Source: Azolla caroliniana
Lineage: Eukaryota > Plantae > Polypodiophyta
Assembly (NCBI GenBank): GCA_043228905.1
Contig: JBHGNT010000009.1
Span: forward strand, 16,430,001 to 16,494,000
Direction of reading: 5' to 3'
DNA: 64,000 nucleotides
Shown here: positions 10,457-22,550 of the stretch, one piece after another
Numbering within the stretch: position 1 is the first letter of the stretch
Layout: each line of letters opens with the position of its first letter
Program-made: the position numbers and the translations under genes
The notes under the pieces: generated by a model
Told to the model about the DNA's origin: nothing
Databases searched by the model: none
The model's input: only the letters and a program-made list of their open reading frames with translations

Positions 10457-13400
10457 TGTCGTGAAGATTTCCAGCTATAGTGTGAAACCGGGGTGGAATG
10501 GGCAAATCGGTGGTGTGCAACATGTGCACGTGTATACTAGGAAAGGGTGTGTAGAAAGAAGAGGGGAATTTTATCCCACATTGTAAGGTCCCCCCTTCCT
10601 TGGGCTTTAAAAGGAAGGGAGGGGTCACTTATGAGGGGTTGCCTATTTTGAGGGAGAGAGGCATACCACTTAGGTTGAGGGTTTCCTATTCGGTTTTAGG
10701 GTTTCGGTTAGGGTTTTCTTCTTGGGTTTTCCTTTAGGGTTTTTCATATAGTCGTTTGGTGCGGCCATGGTGGCCACCATTGTAAAGCGTTTGTGTTTCC
10801 TTAAGCTAACTTGTTGAGCATCTTGCCCGTCTATTCTACGTTATTGTCTTATTCTTTCTCACCTCCTCTTGAGCTAAGCTTCCATTTTTGGTCTTATTCT
10901 TCCTCCTCCACTCCCTAGTCCAAGACCCCCGTGGTCCCGCCCCTTCTACACGCATGCGCGTAACAACACGACATCTTTGGTGAACCCGACGTGAAGGGCG
11001 GCAAGGGAGCATGGAGATAGAAGAAGACTTCGACTTCGAGGAGATGATGGCAAAGATCGTGATGGAAACCGGACGGAAGATGGCGAAGCGAGATGCGGCT
11101 CAACAAGCCATCGAAAGGGTGGTCGATCGAGTCGGCCGGTTGAATGGGAATGAGGTCCTAAAATTTTTGGGAGCCTACAAGGCCGAGATGGCGAAAGGGG
11201 GCGTGGACGAGGCGATGCGGCTAGAGTATTTTCCTCGAGTGGCGGCCGTATCGGTGCACAAGGAGGTCAAGGAGCTACGAGAAGCTCACGAGTCGTGGGT
11301 GTCCTTGGAGGGAATCCTATTGGAAGCGTACGGGAATGCGAAACCGGAGTGGGTATGCCGGCAACCTGATGGGGAGCGGTCGGCAACAACGTGGCCTGCG
11401 AGCGGCGGAGAAGAGAGAGCGGTGAGTGAGTACGCGCTACCGCCGGAAGAGAGCTCAACGCAAAACGGTTCGGAGGAGCTCGACCTAGAGTTGCTAATAC
11501 GGGAGGCATGCGAGCTTGTGAAGGCGAAAATCGGAGCCGAAGAAGGGCTTGTTATGGAGACGGGTCGGAGGCGATCGGAGGATGCGGAGGAAGAAGCCTC
11601 CCTAGACGTAGAAGACGAGCGTACGACGGCGACATAGGAGAGGGTGCGGAGCAAGCGACCCTCTTGCCTTGCGGTGAAGGGACGACCATGGAGGCCGGTA
11701 ACTACGGATTCGAGACATGGCGGCCCGAAACATCGAGTGGGGAGGAGAAAAGCGGCGGTGCCGGGTCCTTACCCACACCGGTCCTAGAGGCTCCGGCGGC
11801 TGGCCCGAGTGCCGGCATGAGACCTAGAGCGACAGGCGGTGGCTGCGGCAAGGCAGGCAACCAAGACGACGGCAAGGAGATCAAGGAAGAGGAGGCGGCA
11901 AGCGTAATCGAGGCTTCTGAGATTGGAGACGGGGTAGCCACGGACAACGACGTCCGGATAGAGGTGGCTACGGACATAACGAGCGGCGATGCCGCGACCT
12001 TACACACACCGGCCCTAGAGGTTGCGGCGGTCGGCCCGAGTGCCGGCATGAGACCTAGAGCGATGGGCAGTGGTGGCGGCAAGGCGGGCTACCATGGTGA
12101 CGAAGAGAACGAGGAAGAGATAGCCACGGACCACGGCGTCCGAACGAAGGTGGCTACGAACATGGCATCGACGAGTAACGGTACCGGGACTTTTCCCACA
12201 CCTATTCTAGAGACTTCGGCGGTCGGCCCTGAGAGCCCACGTGAGACCGGAGAGACGGAAGGTGGCGGCGGCAAAGAGGACGATCGAAATGACGACGAGG
12301 AAGGTCATACCGGACAGAGGCAAGAACTCTCGACACCGAGACCGGAGACTACGACGGTTGCGCTCAAATGCCAACATAAGACCGGAGAGATGGGCGGTGG
12401 CCATGAGGAGGCGTGGCCTGGAGCGAGTACGTATGAAGATGAGGATGCAAGGCCCGGAACATGCCTATACGAGAGGACCGACGGAGAGGTCGGGAGTGGA
12501 AAGGGGAGAGTTGGGAACCGACACGACCAGAAGACGGCGCGAAAGAAGAATGCAGCGAGGGTCGGCGAACCGGGCCCAAACCGAAGAAAAGTCGGCAAGG
12601 TCAGAATCGTTCGGCCCGTGACAATTGTGAAAGAGAGAAGCCCGAACCGGATCACTATCGGTCGAGGCTAAGTCGGCATGATTGGAGGTCGAGGCGAACG
12701 AGCCACAACGCCCTGTGGGAGCCGGTGAGCGCAAGAAGGAGGCTAACCGGGCACGGTGATTATGGCTTGGCGGAAGACCGAGAGCAAGAGGAACCCTCCA
12801 CACCTATTCTTGAGACTTCGGCGGTTGCAGATCAACATAAGACCGAAGAGACGGCGGGTGCCGGCGAGGACTCGGAGACCGGAACGGACGAGGCTACCGG
12901 AGCGGGTACCCGATGCGTGAAGACGGACGAGCACAACCCAGATGGTGAGCCGGAGTCGAGAGGGGCTACGGCAACAAAGGACGAAGAGACGGACGCAGAG
13001 GTCGGGACTACGACGGGAGAAGCGTGTAACACGAAGCATGCATTACAACGTAGAACGGAGCGTGCACTATGGCCGGCGAAGGGCCAAGTAGCAAGCATGC
13101 ACCTGGAAGAGCAGCAACGAGTGACCGACAACGGCGGACCAGTCGAGCCTTTGAGAGGCAAGCACGAGGCAAGAGACGGACTGGTGAGTTGCCGGGATCG
13201 GCGGATGAACGACGAGGGCGGAGGATGGTGCGTGAAGAGCAAAGAACTACGCACCGGGGAGAGAAAAAGCGGCGTCCCGGAAGACGTGCGGGGCCAAGCG
13301 GGCCAAGAGGATGCGAGTCGGGATGAAGCGGTAACGAGAACCGCGAAGAACCCCGACACGAAGGTCGGGATGACGATACGCTCTACTACGAGAGAGCACA

Positions 13401-14833
13401 GAGAGCAAGGGAGAACTGAGGTGCGCGTAATGGGGTCACCTAAGGACCAGAGAATGAGCGAGCATTCGGAGGAACCGCAACGAGTGACCGCCGATGACGG
13501 TCGGAGGAAGCCTTCGAGAGGCAAGCGCGGGACGACGGACGGTGCGACGAGACGCCAAGATCGTCGGAACAAGACGGACGTGATCGGCATGAACGAAGGA
13601 TTGTGTTTGGGAAAACGGAGGGGATGCGTGGAGAACAACGGGGTACACACCGGGAAGAGAAAATGCGGCGGCTTCCCGGAGGGCATACAAGGCCAAGCGG
13701 GCCAAGAGGGCGCAAGTCGAGGCGAGGCGGTAACGAGAGCCTCGAGGGACACTGACATGGTGGTCGGGATGACGGTACGCTCTACGGCGAGAGAGCACAG
13801 CGAGCGAGGGAGAAGCAAGGAGCACATAACGGGGTCACATAAGGACCAAAGCACGAGCGCGCATTTGATGGACGACAACGACGCACGGAAAGTGCCTACG
13901 GAAGCCGAGCGCAGAATGAAGGGAGTCGGTACGAGGTGTTTGGGGTGAGGAGAAGGTCGAGCCGGAGGTGGAACACAAGTGATACGCGAGGAGCGGCACC
14001 CGGCGAGCAATCGAAGTAATCAGGGGTCTAACCGGAGGACATGCGTGGTGAGCGAAGGAAGGGAGACCGGATCGGCAACGGTGTTCCGGATGGCCGGTCG
14101 AAGAAGAAGGTGCGTGCGCCGGACATGGTGGATCGGATGGAGCCGGCGGGTCAGGGCCGGTAAGGAGCTGGCAAGACGAATCGGCGCCGGCAAGGGACCG
14201 GCAAGACGGTTGGGTGCCGGTAAGGCGAAAGACCCCGTTGATCACCGTCGCCGAAATCTCTCACCCTTTTCCTTTCTTGGCACATACCGGTGGATGTGCG
14301 GTTTGGTGGGGGTGGATGTCGTGAAGATTTCCGGCTATAGTGTGAAACCGGGGTGGAATGGGCAAATCGGTGGTGTGCAACATGTGCACGTGTATACTAG
14401 GAAAGGGTGTGTAGAAAGAAGAGGGGAATTTTATCCCACATTGTAAGGTCCCCCCTTCCTTGGGCTATAAAAGGAAGGGAGGGGTCACTTATGAGGGGTT
14501 GCCTATTTTGAGGGAGAGAGGCATACCACTTAGGTTGAGGGTTTCCTATTCGGTTTTAGGGTTTCGGTTAGGGTTTTCTTCTTGGGTTTTCCTTTAGGGT
14601 TTTTCATATAGTCGTTTCGTGCGGCCATGGCGGCCACCATTGTAAAGCGTTTGTGTTTCCTTAAGCTAACTTGTTGAGCATCTTGCCCGTCTATTCTACA
14701 TTATTGTCTTATTCTTTCTCACCTCCTCTTGAGCTAAGCTTCCATTTTTGGTCTTATTCTTCCTCCTCCACTCCCTAGTCCAAGATCCCCGTGGTCCCGC
14801 CCCTTCTACACGCACGCGCGTAACAACGCGACA
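10457..14833 (+). mobile_element. Non-autonomous LTR element D (LARD-like), truncated gag plus repetitive internal region
   Basis: 517-bp LTRs 10457-10973 and 14317-14833 (about 7 substitutions by eye), perfect Trp PBS 10978-10995, PPT GGTGGGGGTGGA, apparent TSD CCGG/CTAG, no pol motifs. Confidence 0.92.
11011..11637 (+). CDS. Truncated gag N-terminus fused to acidic low-complexity sequence (element D)
   Basis: AIERVVDRVGRLNGNEVLKFLGAYKAEM..YFPRVAAVSVH is homologous to the gag N-termini of B and E; diverges after ~110 aa. Confidence 0.65.
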   Translation: MEIEEDFDFEEMMAKIVMETGRKMAKRDAAQQAIERVVDRVGRLNGNEVLKFLGAYKAEMAKGGVDEAMRLEYFPRVAAVSVHKEVKELREAHESWVSLEGILLEAYGNAKPEWVCRQPDGERSATTWPASGGEERAVSEYALPPEESSTQNGSEELDLELLIREACELVKAKIGAEEGLVMETGRRRSEDAEEEASLDVEDERTTAT

Positions 14834-15105
14834 CTAGTAAGCCTCCAAATAACTTGTGGCGTCTTTCCCTCCGAACCGGCCTATAGTGCCGACGATCGAT
14901 TCAACGGCTCTGTCGAGGGTACCCATCCCCTCACGAGCGGTTACTAGCCGGTCAACGGCTACCGCCATTGCCTCCGCTAGCTCCGATCCCCTCATCTTTC
15001 GACTCCTTTGCCGCCTGTTCACGTCGGGTTCACTAAAGATGTCACGAAGTTTCGTGTTCGCGTGTAGGAAGAGGCGGGACCACGGGGGTCTTGGACCAAG
15101 TTGAG

Positions 15106-15157
<52 letters not shown>

Positions 15158-15738
15158 GCACACGGGAAGAGATTAAGAGCAAGGAAACAGGAATTCGATT
15201 ACTATAGTCAAAAGCTTACAACTCAAACAGTTACAACCGGCAACCCGGTAATCGACCCGACACGGGGTCTTACTCATGCACACTGACGACAGCCACACGA
15301 CTCGAAGAAACAAAAGGGAAAAAGGGGAGAGAGAGACTTTGCGTGAAGCACACGGGCTGTCCACGGAGCAGAGGCAGCGAACTCCCGACACCCGTAGAGA
15401 ACGACGATCGGAGGAGAGAGAGCTCGACACTCGGTTCTGCAGCAGCACTTCGTCCTCCCCAACACGCGATTCCTTCTTCTCCCCTCTCTCCTCTCCTGAA
15501 ATGGTTCTCAAAAGGGGGTGCCCTTCCTCCCTAGTCAAAGCGCTTTATTCCTTGTCGCTTCTAACAGAGATACACACAATCCCCTAATAAATGTGTACTA
15601 CTTAGTATTTACATCAGCCGATCCATTTATGAATCATGTACAAAATATCAAAATATCAATTCATGCGCCCATCCGTGTAAGAGCCGGTTCATGCGCCTTT
15701 TTCTCCGATTCCGCCTATGCCCGGTTTTCTTCACGACA

Positions 15739-17123
15739 CCTGTGATGGCATTTATTGACCATGGTTCTGAAATAAATATAATGAGTGCTGATTTTTACAG
15801 GAAAGGTAGATGGCCAATTGATACTCAACATGGTTGGTGAGTAAAAGCAGCCACATTAGTCACCGAAGATTTATTTGGAGCATGCCCAAATGTAAAGGTT
15901 ACCATTGGTGATATAGAGGTAGATCAACATTTCTTTGTTTAGGAAGGATCTACCTATCCAATAATCTTGGGGCAACCATACATCACAGCAATACAGATGG
16001 AGACCAAAGTCCTTGACGATGGTTCTGCCTATGTGAAAATCCGTAGCCAAGATGGACGACGAACTGTACAGTTTATGACAGTTTGTCCGAATCATGAGAG
16101 GAACAAGCAAGAGCTTTGTGATCATTTAGTACCAAAAGATTGTGATGATTTTGATAATCAGGTTTTTGACTAGGACTATTGCGAGTGAGGGTTTCAATAG
16201 TCCCATTATTAAAAGACCCTCATATAGGGCATTACAACATATGAATAAGTCATTTCATGTTTCTGAAAATGGTGCTATATGTGTGACTAAGATGTATGAA
16301 TGCAAGAGGAACTTGAAAAAGAATGCTAATCTGTTTCAACAGGCATTGAAGGATAATGGAGTACTTGAAATGGAAGAGCAGATTGAAAGGGTTATGGAAG
16401 AAATTTCTTTTGCAAATAGTTTAGAAGAGTTAGAAATGTATTTAAAAGAAGATGATGAGAATGTTAAAAAGATACACGTAAACTCAGTTGATATGTATTA
16501 TGAAATTGATAAGTATAATTGTAAATATGAAGATAATAAATAACTTGAGAATTGGAGGGGGATCACGACTTTCAAAGAAATGATCTTTAGGCATGGGAAA
16601 GCGTTCGCATTTAAAGGTGAGGAAATTGGTTGTGTAGATCCAAAGGTGATGACGCCAATGGTAATATTTACTATCCCTCATATTCCTTGGAATTTTAAAC
16701 CTATTGCAGTACCGGGAGCTCTATTGCCTCAGTTGTTGGAGCTATTGAAGGATAAAGTCAAGATGAAGATTTTAGAGCCTTCCAACGCACCATATTCCAA
16801 CCGATGGTTCACCGTTCCAAAGAAAGATGGTTCTCTAAGATTCATTCAAGATCTACAACCAGTCAACAAAGTCACAATCCGAAATGCAGGAATTGGACCG
16901 ATCGTTGATGAATTTGCAGAAGCTTTTGCTCAGAGAGCGATTTACTCTATAGGAGACCTATATTCGGGATAAGACCAATTTCAACTAGCAATTGATAGTC
17001 ACAATTTCACAACAATGATAACACCAATTGGGTTGGTTCGAATGTGCACTCTACCTCAAGGTGCGACAAATTTAGTTGCTGATATGATGAATGCAATGGA
17101 CAAGGTTCTACATGAGTACATCC
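15739..17123 (+). pseudogene. Gypsy A protease and RT N-terminal part
   Basis: FIDHGSEIN; SNAPYSNRWFTVPKKDGSLRFIQDLQPVN; DLYSG. Confidence 0.85.
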
Positions 17124-20100
17124 TATAAAGAATCAAGAGATGGATTCTTGCTCAGCGGAAGAGATGTGAGTTATGTGTGTGTGTAAGAGAGAGAGAGAGA
17201 GAGTGAAGCACAGAGAATACGCAAGGTAAAAGTATATTGACAAAGGAGAAAGACTCAACATGATACAAGGTGGGAGGAGGGTGCTTTATATAGTCACCCT
17301 CTCTCTTCATTAACTACAAGGCTCATGGAGCATGGGGAATGTGAAAGCTCATAAGTTATGTGTCATACAATATGATTCTATGACTCATACTAAATGCTAG
17401 AATACAAAGAGGTGACTTAATGGTGACTCTTGACCGTTGGAGTGTCTATTCACTCTCAAGGTGAGTTCACACACTAGACCAAGTTGAGCTTGATTCTCAA
17501 CACGCCCCCTCAAGCTCAAGTCAGGTCGGTTTTAGACGGTATTCGAAATCCGCTTCGACTCACGTTCCGGAGTCCGCGTCGACTCGCTTTATGTGGAGTT
17601 GTGGAATCCATACTCCAGCTTGCGTTGTGCGTAGTTGCGAAGTCTGTGCTTCGGCTTGCGTCTTTCTTTGCGGGTTTGTTGCATTGTTGCGTAATCCACG
17701 CGTTATTGCGTAGTGTCTTCAGTACTCCCCCTCAAGCGTGGTAGGTCAAGGATCGTCAATTCAAGATCGGTCATGAATTGCCATAGCTTGTCGGCTCCTA
17801 AGGCTTTAGTGAAGATGTCGACTGTTTGAAGATTGGTGCTAATGTGTTGTAGGTCGACATCGCCAGCCAGAACGCGCTCTCGGATGAAGTGATAGTGCAC
17901 TTCGATGTGCTTTGTCCGCGCGTGGAACACCGGGTTCCGAGCTAGATAGATACTGCTCATGTTGTCGTAGTAAAGGGAAGTCGGATCCTCGATGAGTATG
18001 CCCAGATCCTTCAAAATCCTCTTGAGCCATACGGCTTCACACGCAGCTACGGCTGTGCCCCGTATTACGCCTCCGTACTCAAAAGAGCGACGGTAGGCTG
18101 CTTCTTGCTACTCCAGGATATTGCTCCGCTCCCAAGGGAGAAAACAAATCCGGAGGTTGATCTTCTATCAGCTTTGTAGCCGGCCCAATCGGCGTCTGTG
18201 TACCCCTTGAGTCGTATTGGCATCGCGGTCTTGTAGAGGATGCCGCAATCCATTGTGTCGTTGGCGTAGCGTAGAACTCGCTTAGTGCAATCCAAGTGAG
18301 TATCACGCGGTGTTTGCATGAATTGGCTAAGGAGACTGACCGGATAACTGAGATTGGGTCGTGTGATTGTGAGGTAGATGAGACTCCTGATGAGTTGCCG
18401 ATATTGAGTCTGCTCACACGCTTTGGTGCCGGAGTTCGCATCTAGTTTGAGATTACGATCGAGCGGGGTTGCCACGGATTTGCACTCAGCCATGCCGAAC
18501 TTGTATAACAAGTTGAGGATGTAGTGCCGTTGAGAGATCATGATTCTGGCCGGAGTCCGAATTACCTCGAGGCCAAGGAAGTAGTGAAGCTCCTTCATGT
18601 CCGTCATCTCGAACTTTTCGGAAAGGAGGGATTTGACTTTATTGATTTCGACGAGATGCTCACCTCCAATGACTAGGTCATCAAAATATAAAATGATGAT
18701 GATCGGACTTGCGGAATCGCTTCGTATGTAGAGGGAGTTGTCCGATTTTGACATACGGAAGCCGATTTGATGAAGATATTGCGTTATCTTCGAATGCCAA
18801 GCACGCGGTGCTTGCTTGAGGCTGTAGAGTGGCTTCTTGAGTCGGCAAACAACTTTCGGATGGGTGCTCGAGTTGAAGCCGGGTGGTTGGATCGTGTACA
18901 CCTCCTCTTCTAATTTGCCCTATAGAAAGGCGTTCTTGAAGTCCATTTGATGGAGGTGCCACCCTTTGGCCGCGGCAATCGCAATTACGGTCCGCACCTT
19001 CGTCATCTTTGCCACCGGGGCAAAGGTCTCTTCATAGTCGACGCCATGCGTCTGAGCGTATCCTTTCGCTACGAATCGAGCTTCGTAGCGGTTTACAGAG
19101 CCATCGGCGTTATACTTCACCTTGTACATCCATCTACATCCGATCGCCTTTTTGTGTGGTGAGGTGGGAACGAGATCCCACATCTCGTTCTTCCGTAGTG
19201 CTTGCATCTCCTCATTCATTGCTTCAATCCATCGCGGGTTCTTCGTGGCTTCCGAAAAGGTTTCCGGCTTCCGTACTGTCGCTACCTTCATCATAAAGGC
19301 GTAATGGTACGCCATATAATCGTTGTAGCCGAATCGGCTTATGGGGTTCTTTTCACGAGTGGATCGGCGGAGCTTTTCATTTGCAGAGATGAGGGCTTTC
19401 TTGGCTCCGATTGGTACCTCAAAACCGCCGAACTCACTGTCGAGTGAGTGAGTCGATTCATCGTCGTCGAAGCGATCGTCTTCATATTCTGCCATTTTTG
19501 CCTTACCTTTGTCCATCTTCGGGCTAGGCCATGATGTGCTTTGATCGCTCAAAGGCTCTTGTGGTCCGCTCAGTCTGGTCGTGATCGGACTTTCTTAGAT
19601 CATGCGCGTAGGGTGATCTTCATCCTCGATCTCTTGTTCGGCAGATTCCGGGTCGAGCGGAGTCGAAGGCGAAGTTGTCTCTGGTGCGTACCAGGATGCG
19701 GACTCGTCAAAAACGACGTCTCGACTTACTTGAGATTTTTGAGTTGAGGGGTTGTAGCACTTGTACCCCTTTTGTTCGAGTGAGTATCCTACGAGGATAC
19801 ATTTCTCCGACTTCGGGTCAAGCTTTTGACGCTTCTCGTCGGGGATGTGCACGTACGCTATCGTGCCAAATATCCGGATGTGCGATAAGTCCGGCTTCTT
19901 TCCGAAGTATTTTTCGTGCGGAGTGACCTCGTGCACGCCGGATGTTGTACACCGGTTCATTAGGTAGACGGTCGTATTTGCAACTTCGGCCCAATATGAC
20001 TTGGGCATATGCTTCTCGTTCATCATGGCCCGCGCTACTTCGAGGATGTGCTGATTTTTGCGCTCGGCTACTCCGTTTGTTGCGGAGTGTGTTGGCAAGT

Positions 20101-22259
20101 GAATTCTCGCCGAATTCCTTCCTTTTGGAAATACGCCGTGAAATCGTCCGAGAAGTACTCCTTGCCGCCATCCGATCGAAGGCATTGTACATGTCGGCTC
20201 GTGGCTTTCTCGACTTCATTCTTGAAATTTTGGAAGTGTCCGAACACTTCGCTCTTTTGCCGCATCGGGTAGATCCAAGTGTGCCTAGAGAAGTCGTCGA
20301 TGAAGAGAACGTAATATCGGCATCCGCCGAATGTAGCCGTCTGCGCCGGTCCCCATACGTCGGAATGGACTACATCGAGTAGACCTTTGCTCATGTTCCG
20401 CTCTTTCGGGAATGGGTGTCGATGTTGCTTGCCGAATTGGCATGCTTCGTATACACCTTCAATATCCTTCTCTTTGAATGTCGGGAGTCCGATGACGACT
20501 CCTTTCGATTTCATTGCTTTCAGTTTGTTGCGATTGATGTGGCCGATTCGCTTGTGCCATAGCTCTATGTCGTAGTCGGCTTTCGTGTTTTTTGCGAACA
20601 TGGCGGATTTCATCTCGCATGAATCGAGAATGAGCATCCGACCCTCTCTTCATCCGCATGCGATGAGTTGGCCCTCTTTTTCGATGAAGCAACCGCCTTG
20701 ATTAAATCAAACTTACATCCCTTGCTCTACAATTTGGCCGACGGAGACCAAATTCTTCGTAATGGTCGGTACATGCAAGACATTTTTAATGTAATTTTGC
20801 TTACCTTCTTTTCCGAACGGAACATTGCCAATGTGCCGAATCGGGTGCGTAGTGTCATCTCCGGTTTCGACATAGTCGGGTCGGTCCGGCTCTCGAAGTT
20901 CTCGGAATCATTCTTGATGCGATGTCATATGGTTCGAGGCATCGGAATCGACAAACCATACGTCTTCCCGACCGGAGGCACTAGTTGAGGTAGCGGCCGA
21001 CATAGAGTTTGCTCTATGTTTCATCATGAACATTCCGCCACGGTCGGAGTTGTGCGCATACATTCCGCCACGATCTTCATAGTCAGAGTTGTGCCCATAC
21101 ATTTCACCACAGTCGGAGTTGTGTGCATACATTCCACCATGATCTTCGTAGTCGGAGTTGTGTGCGTAATTCGTGAGTTGTTGGCTTGTGGAAGCCGATT
21201 CATGCATCTTCTTTCGGCACTCTTTTTCGTGGTGGCCGAGCTTTCCGCAATATCCGCATTCGTTTGTGTTTTGATGGCTCGGGCTGGAGTGGAAGCTCCC
21301 CCTTCTTGCGAAGGTTCCTCGTTGGCCTCCGTTTTGTGGCCAAAATTGGGAGTTGTTGTCATAGGTCGGACCTCGTCCGCCTTGTCCTTGGCCGAATCGG
21401 CCTCTCGCTCGTCCGCGTCCTCTTCCTCCATTAGAGTGCGTGTAGAGCATGTGGCCTTCCGACTCATTGCTCCTTGTATGCATGTGGTTTTCTTCAACCA
21501 ATAGCATTGATTGGAGCTCGAAGAAGGAGGGAGATTTCTCCCATGCTAGAACGGCGGTTCGCATCGTGCCGAACCGTGGTGCGAGGCCGCCGAGGCATAT
21601 TTGCACCATCTCATCATCATCTATACTTACACTTATTGAGCCGAGCAAGTCGCAAAGCTCCTTGAACTTCAAGGTGTATGTCGTGATAGACATGTCCCTT
21701 TGTTGAATGTTGTTCAACTCTTGGCGGAGTTGAAGCTTCCTCGCAGTCGTGTTGGCGGCGAAAATCTTTCGTAGATTTTCCCACGCTTCCTTCGGCGTCT
21801 TGGCTTCTCGAATGTAACCGAGCATGTGGTCGTGAACACATGTCGCCAAACAATACATCACACGGCATGCGGCTTGCTCCCATGTCGTGTATCCGGGAGC
21901 CGCTTCGGCGGGTCGGTCTTCATGCGCTCCTTTGATGTAGCTCCAATAGCCTTGTCCGACAAGGTATTGGTGCATCTTGTACTCCCAAGATGCAAAGTTG
22001 TTTCGATCCAACTTCTCGGTAGGGAGAGCGCTCCCCATTTGAGTATTCATTATGTCGATTCTTCTTCTTCTTCTTCTCTCTTCGAATGCGAGCTATGTAG
22101 CGAAGCTACGATAGCTATGAGCCAATTCTTGGTCATCGGCGTAGAGCACAACACACGATCATGATGAGGCGAATGGGCTAGATCGAGCTACCAAATCGCT
22201 CTGATACCATGTAAAGAATCAAGAGATGGATTCTTGTGAAGCGGAAGAGATGTGAGTTA

Positions 22260-22309
<50 letters not shown>

Positions 22310-22550
22310 ACACAGAGAATACGCAAGGTAAAAGTATATTGACAAAGGAGAAAGACTCAACATGATACAAGGTGGGAGGATGGGGAATGTGAAAGCTCAT
22401 AAGTTATGTGTCATAGAATATGATTCTATGACTCATACTAAATGCTAGAATACAAAGAGGTGACTTAATGGTGACTCTTGACCGTTGGAGTGTCTATTCA
22501 CTCTCAAGGTGAGTTCACACACTAGACCAAGTTGAGCTTGATTCTCAACA
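17124..22550 (-). mobile_element. Full-length but mutated Ty1/Copia element C (tRNA-iMet PBS)
   Basis: LTRs 17124-17502 and 22210-22550, 5-bp TSD CATCC, PBS TGGTATCAGAGC abutting the 5' LTR, gag-PR-INT-RT-RH order, PPT 17503-17515. Confidence 0.95.
17703..22050 (-). pseudogene. Copia C gag-pol with stops and frameshifts
   Basis: ORFs 20908..22050 (gag, CGYCGKLGHHEKEC, WFVDSDASNH), 20068..20637 and 19595..20185 (INT), 18920..19552 and 18065..18901 (RT), 17703..18014 (RH). Confidence 0.9.

Larger units (their letters stand above)
5840..15738 (-). mobile_element. Gypsy element B (tRNA-Trp PBS; gag-PR, RT deleted, RH C-terminus, INT)
   Basis: LTRs 5840-6528 and 15040-15738 (TG..CA), PBS 15018-15035, PPT 6529-6540, apparent 4-bp TSD CCGG/CCTG. 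Confidence 0.92.

Noticed and set aside
10690-10745. Interstitial telomere
   Set aside because: Only a few degenerate TTTAGGG units, duplicated as part of both LTRs of D
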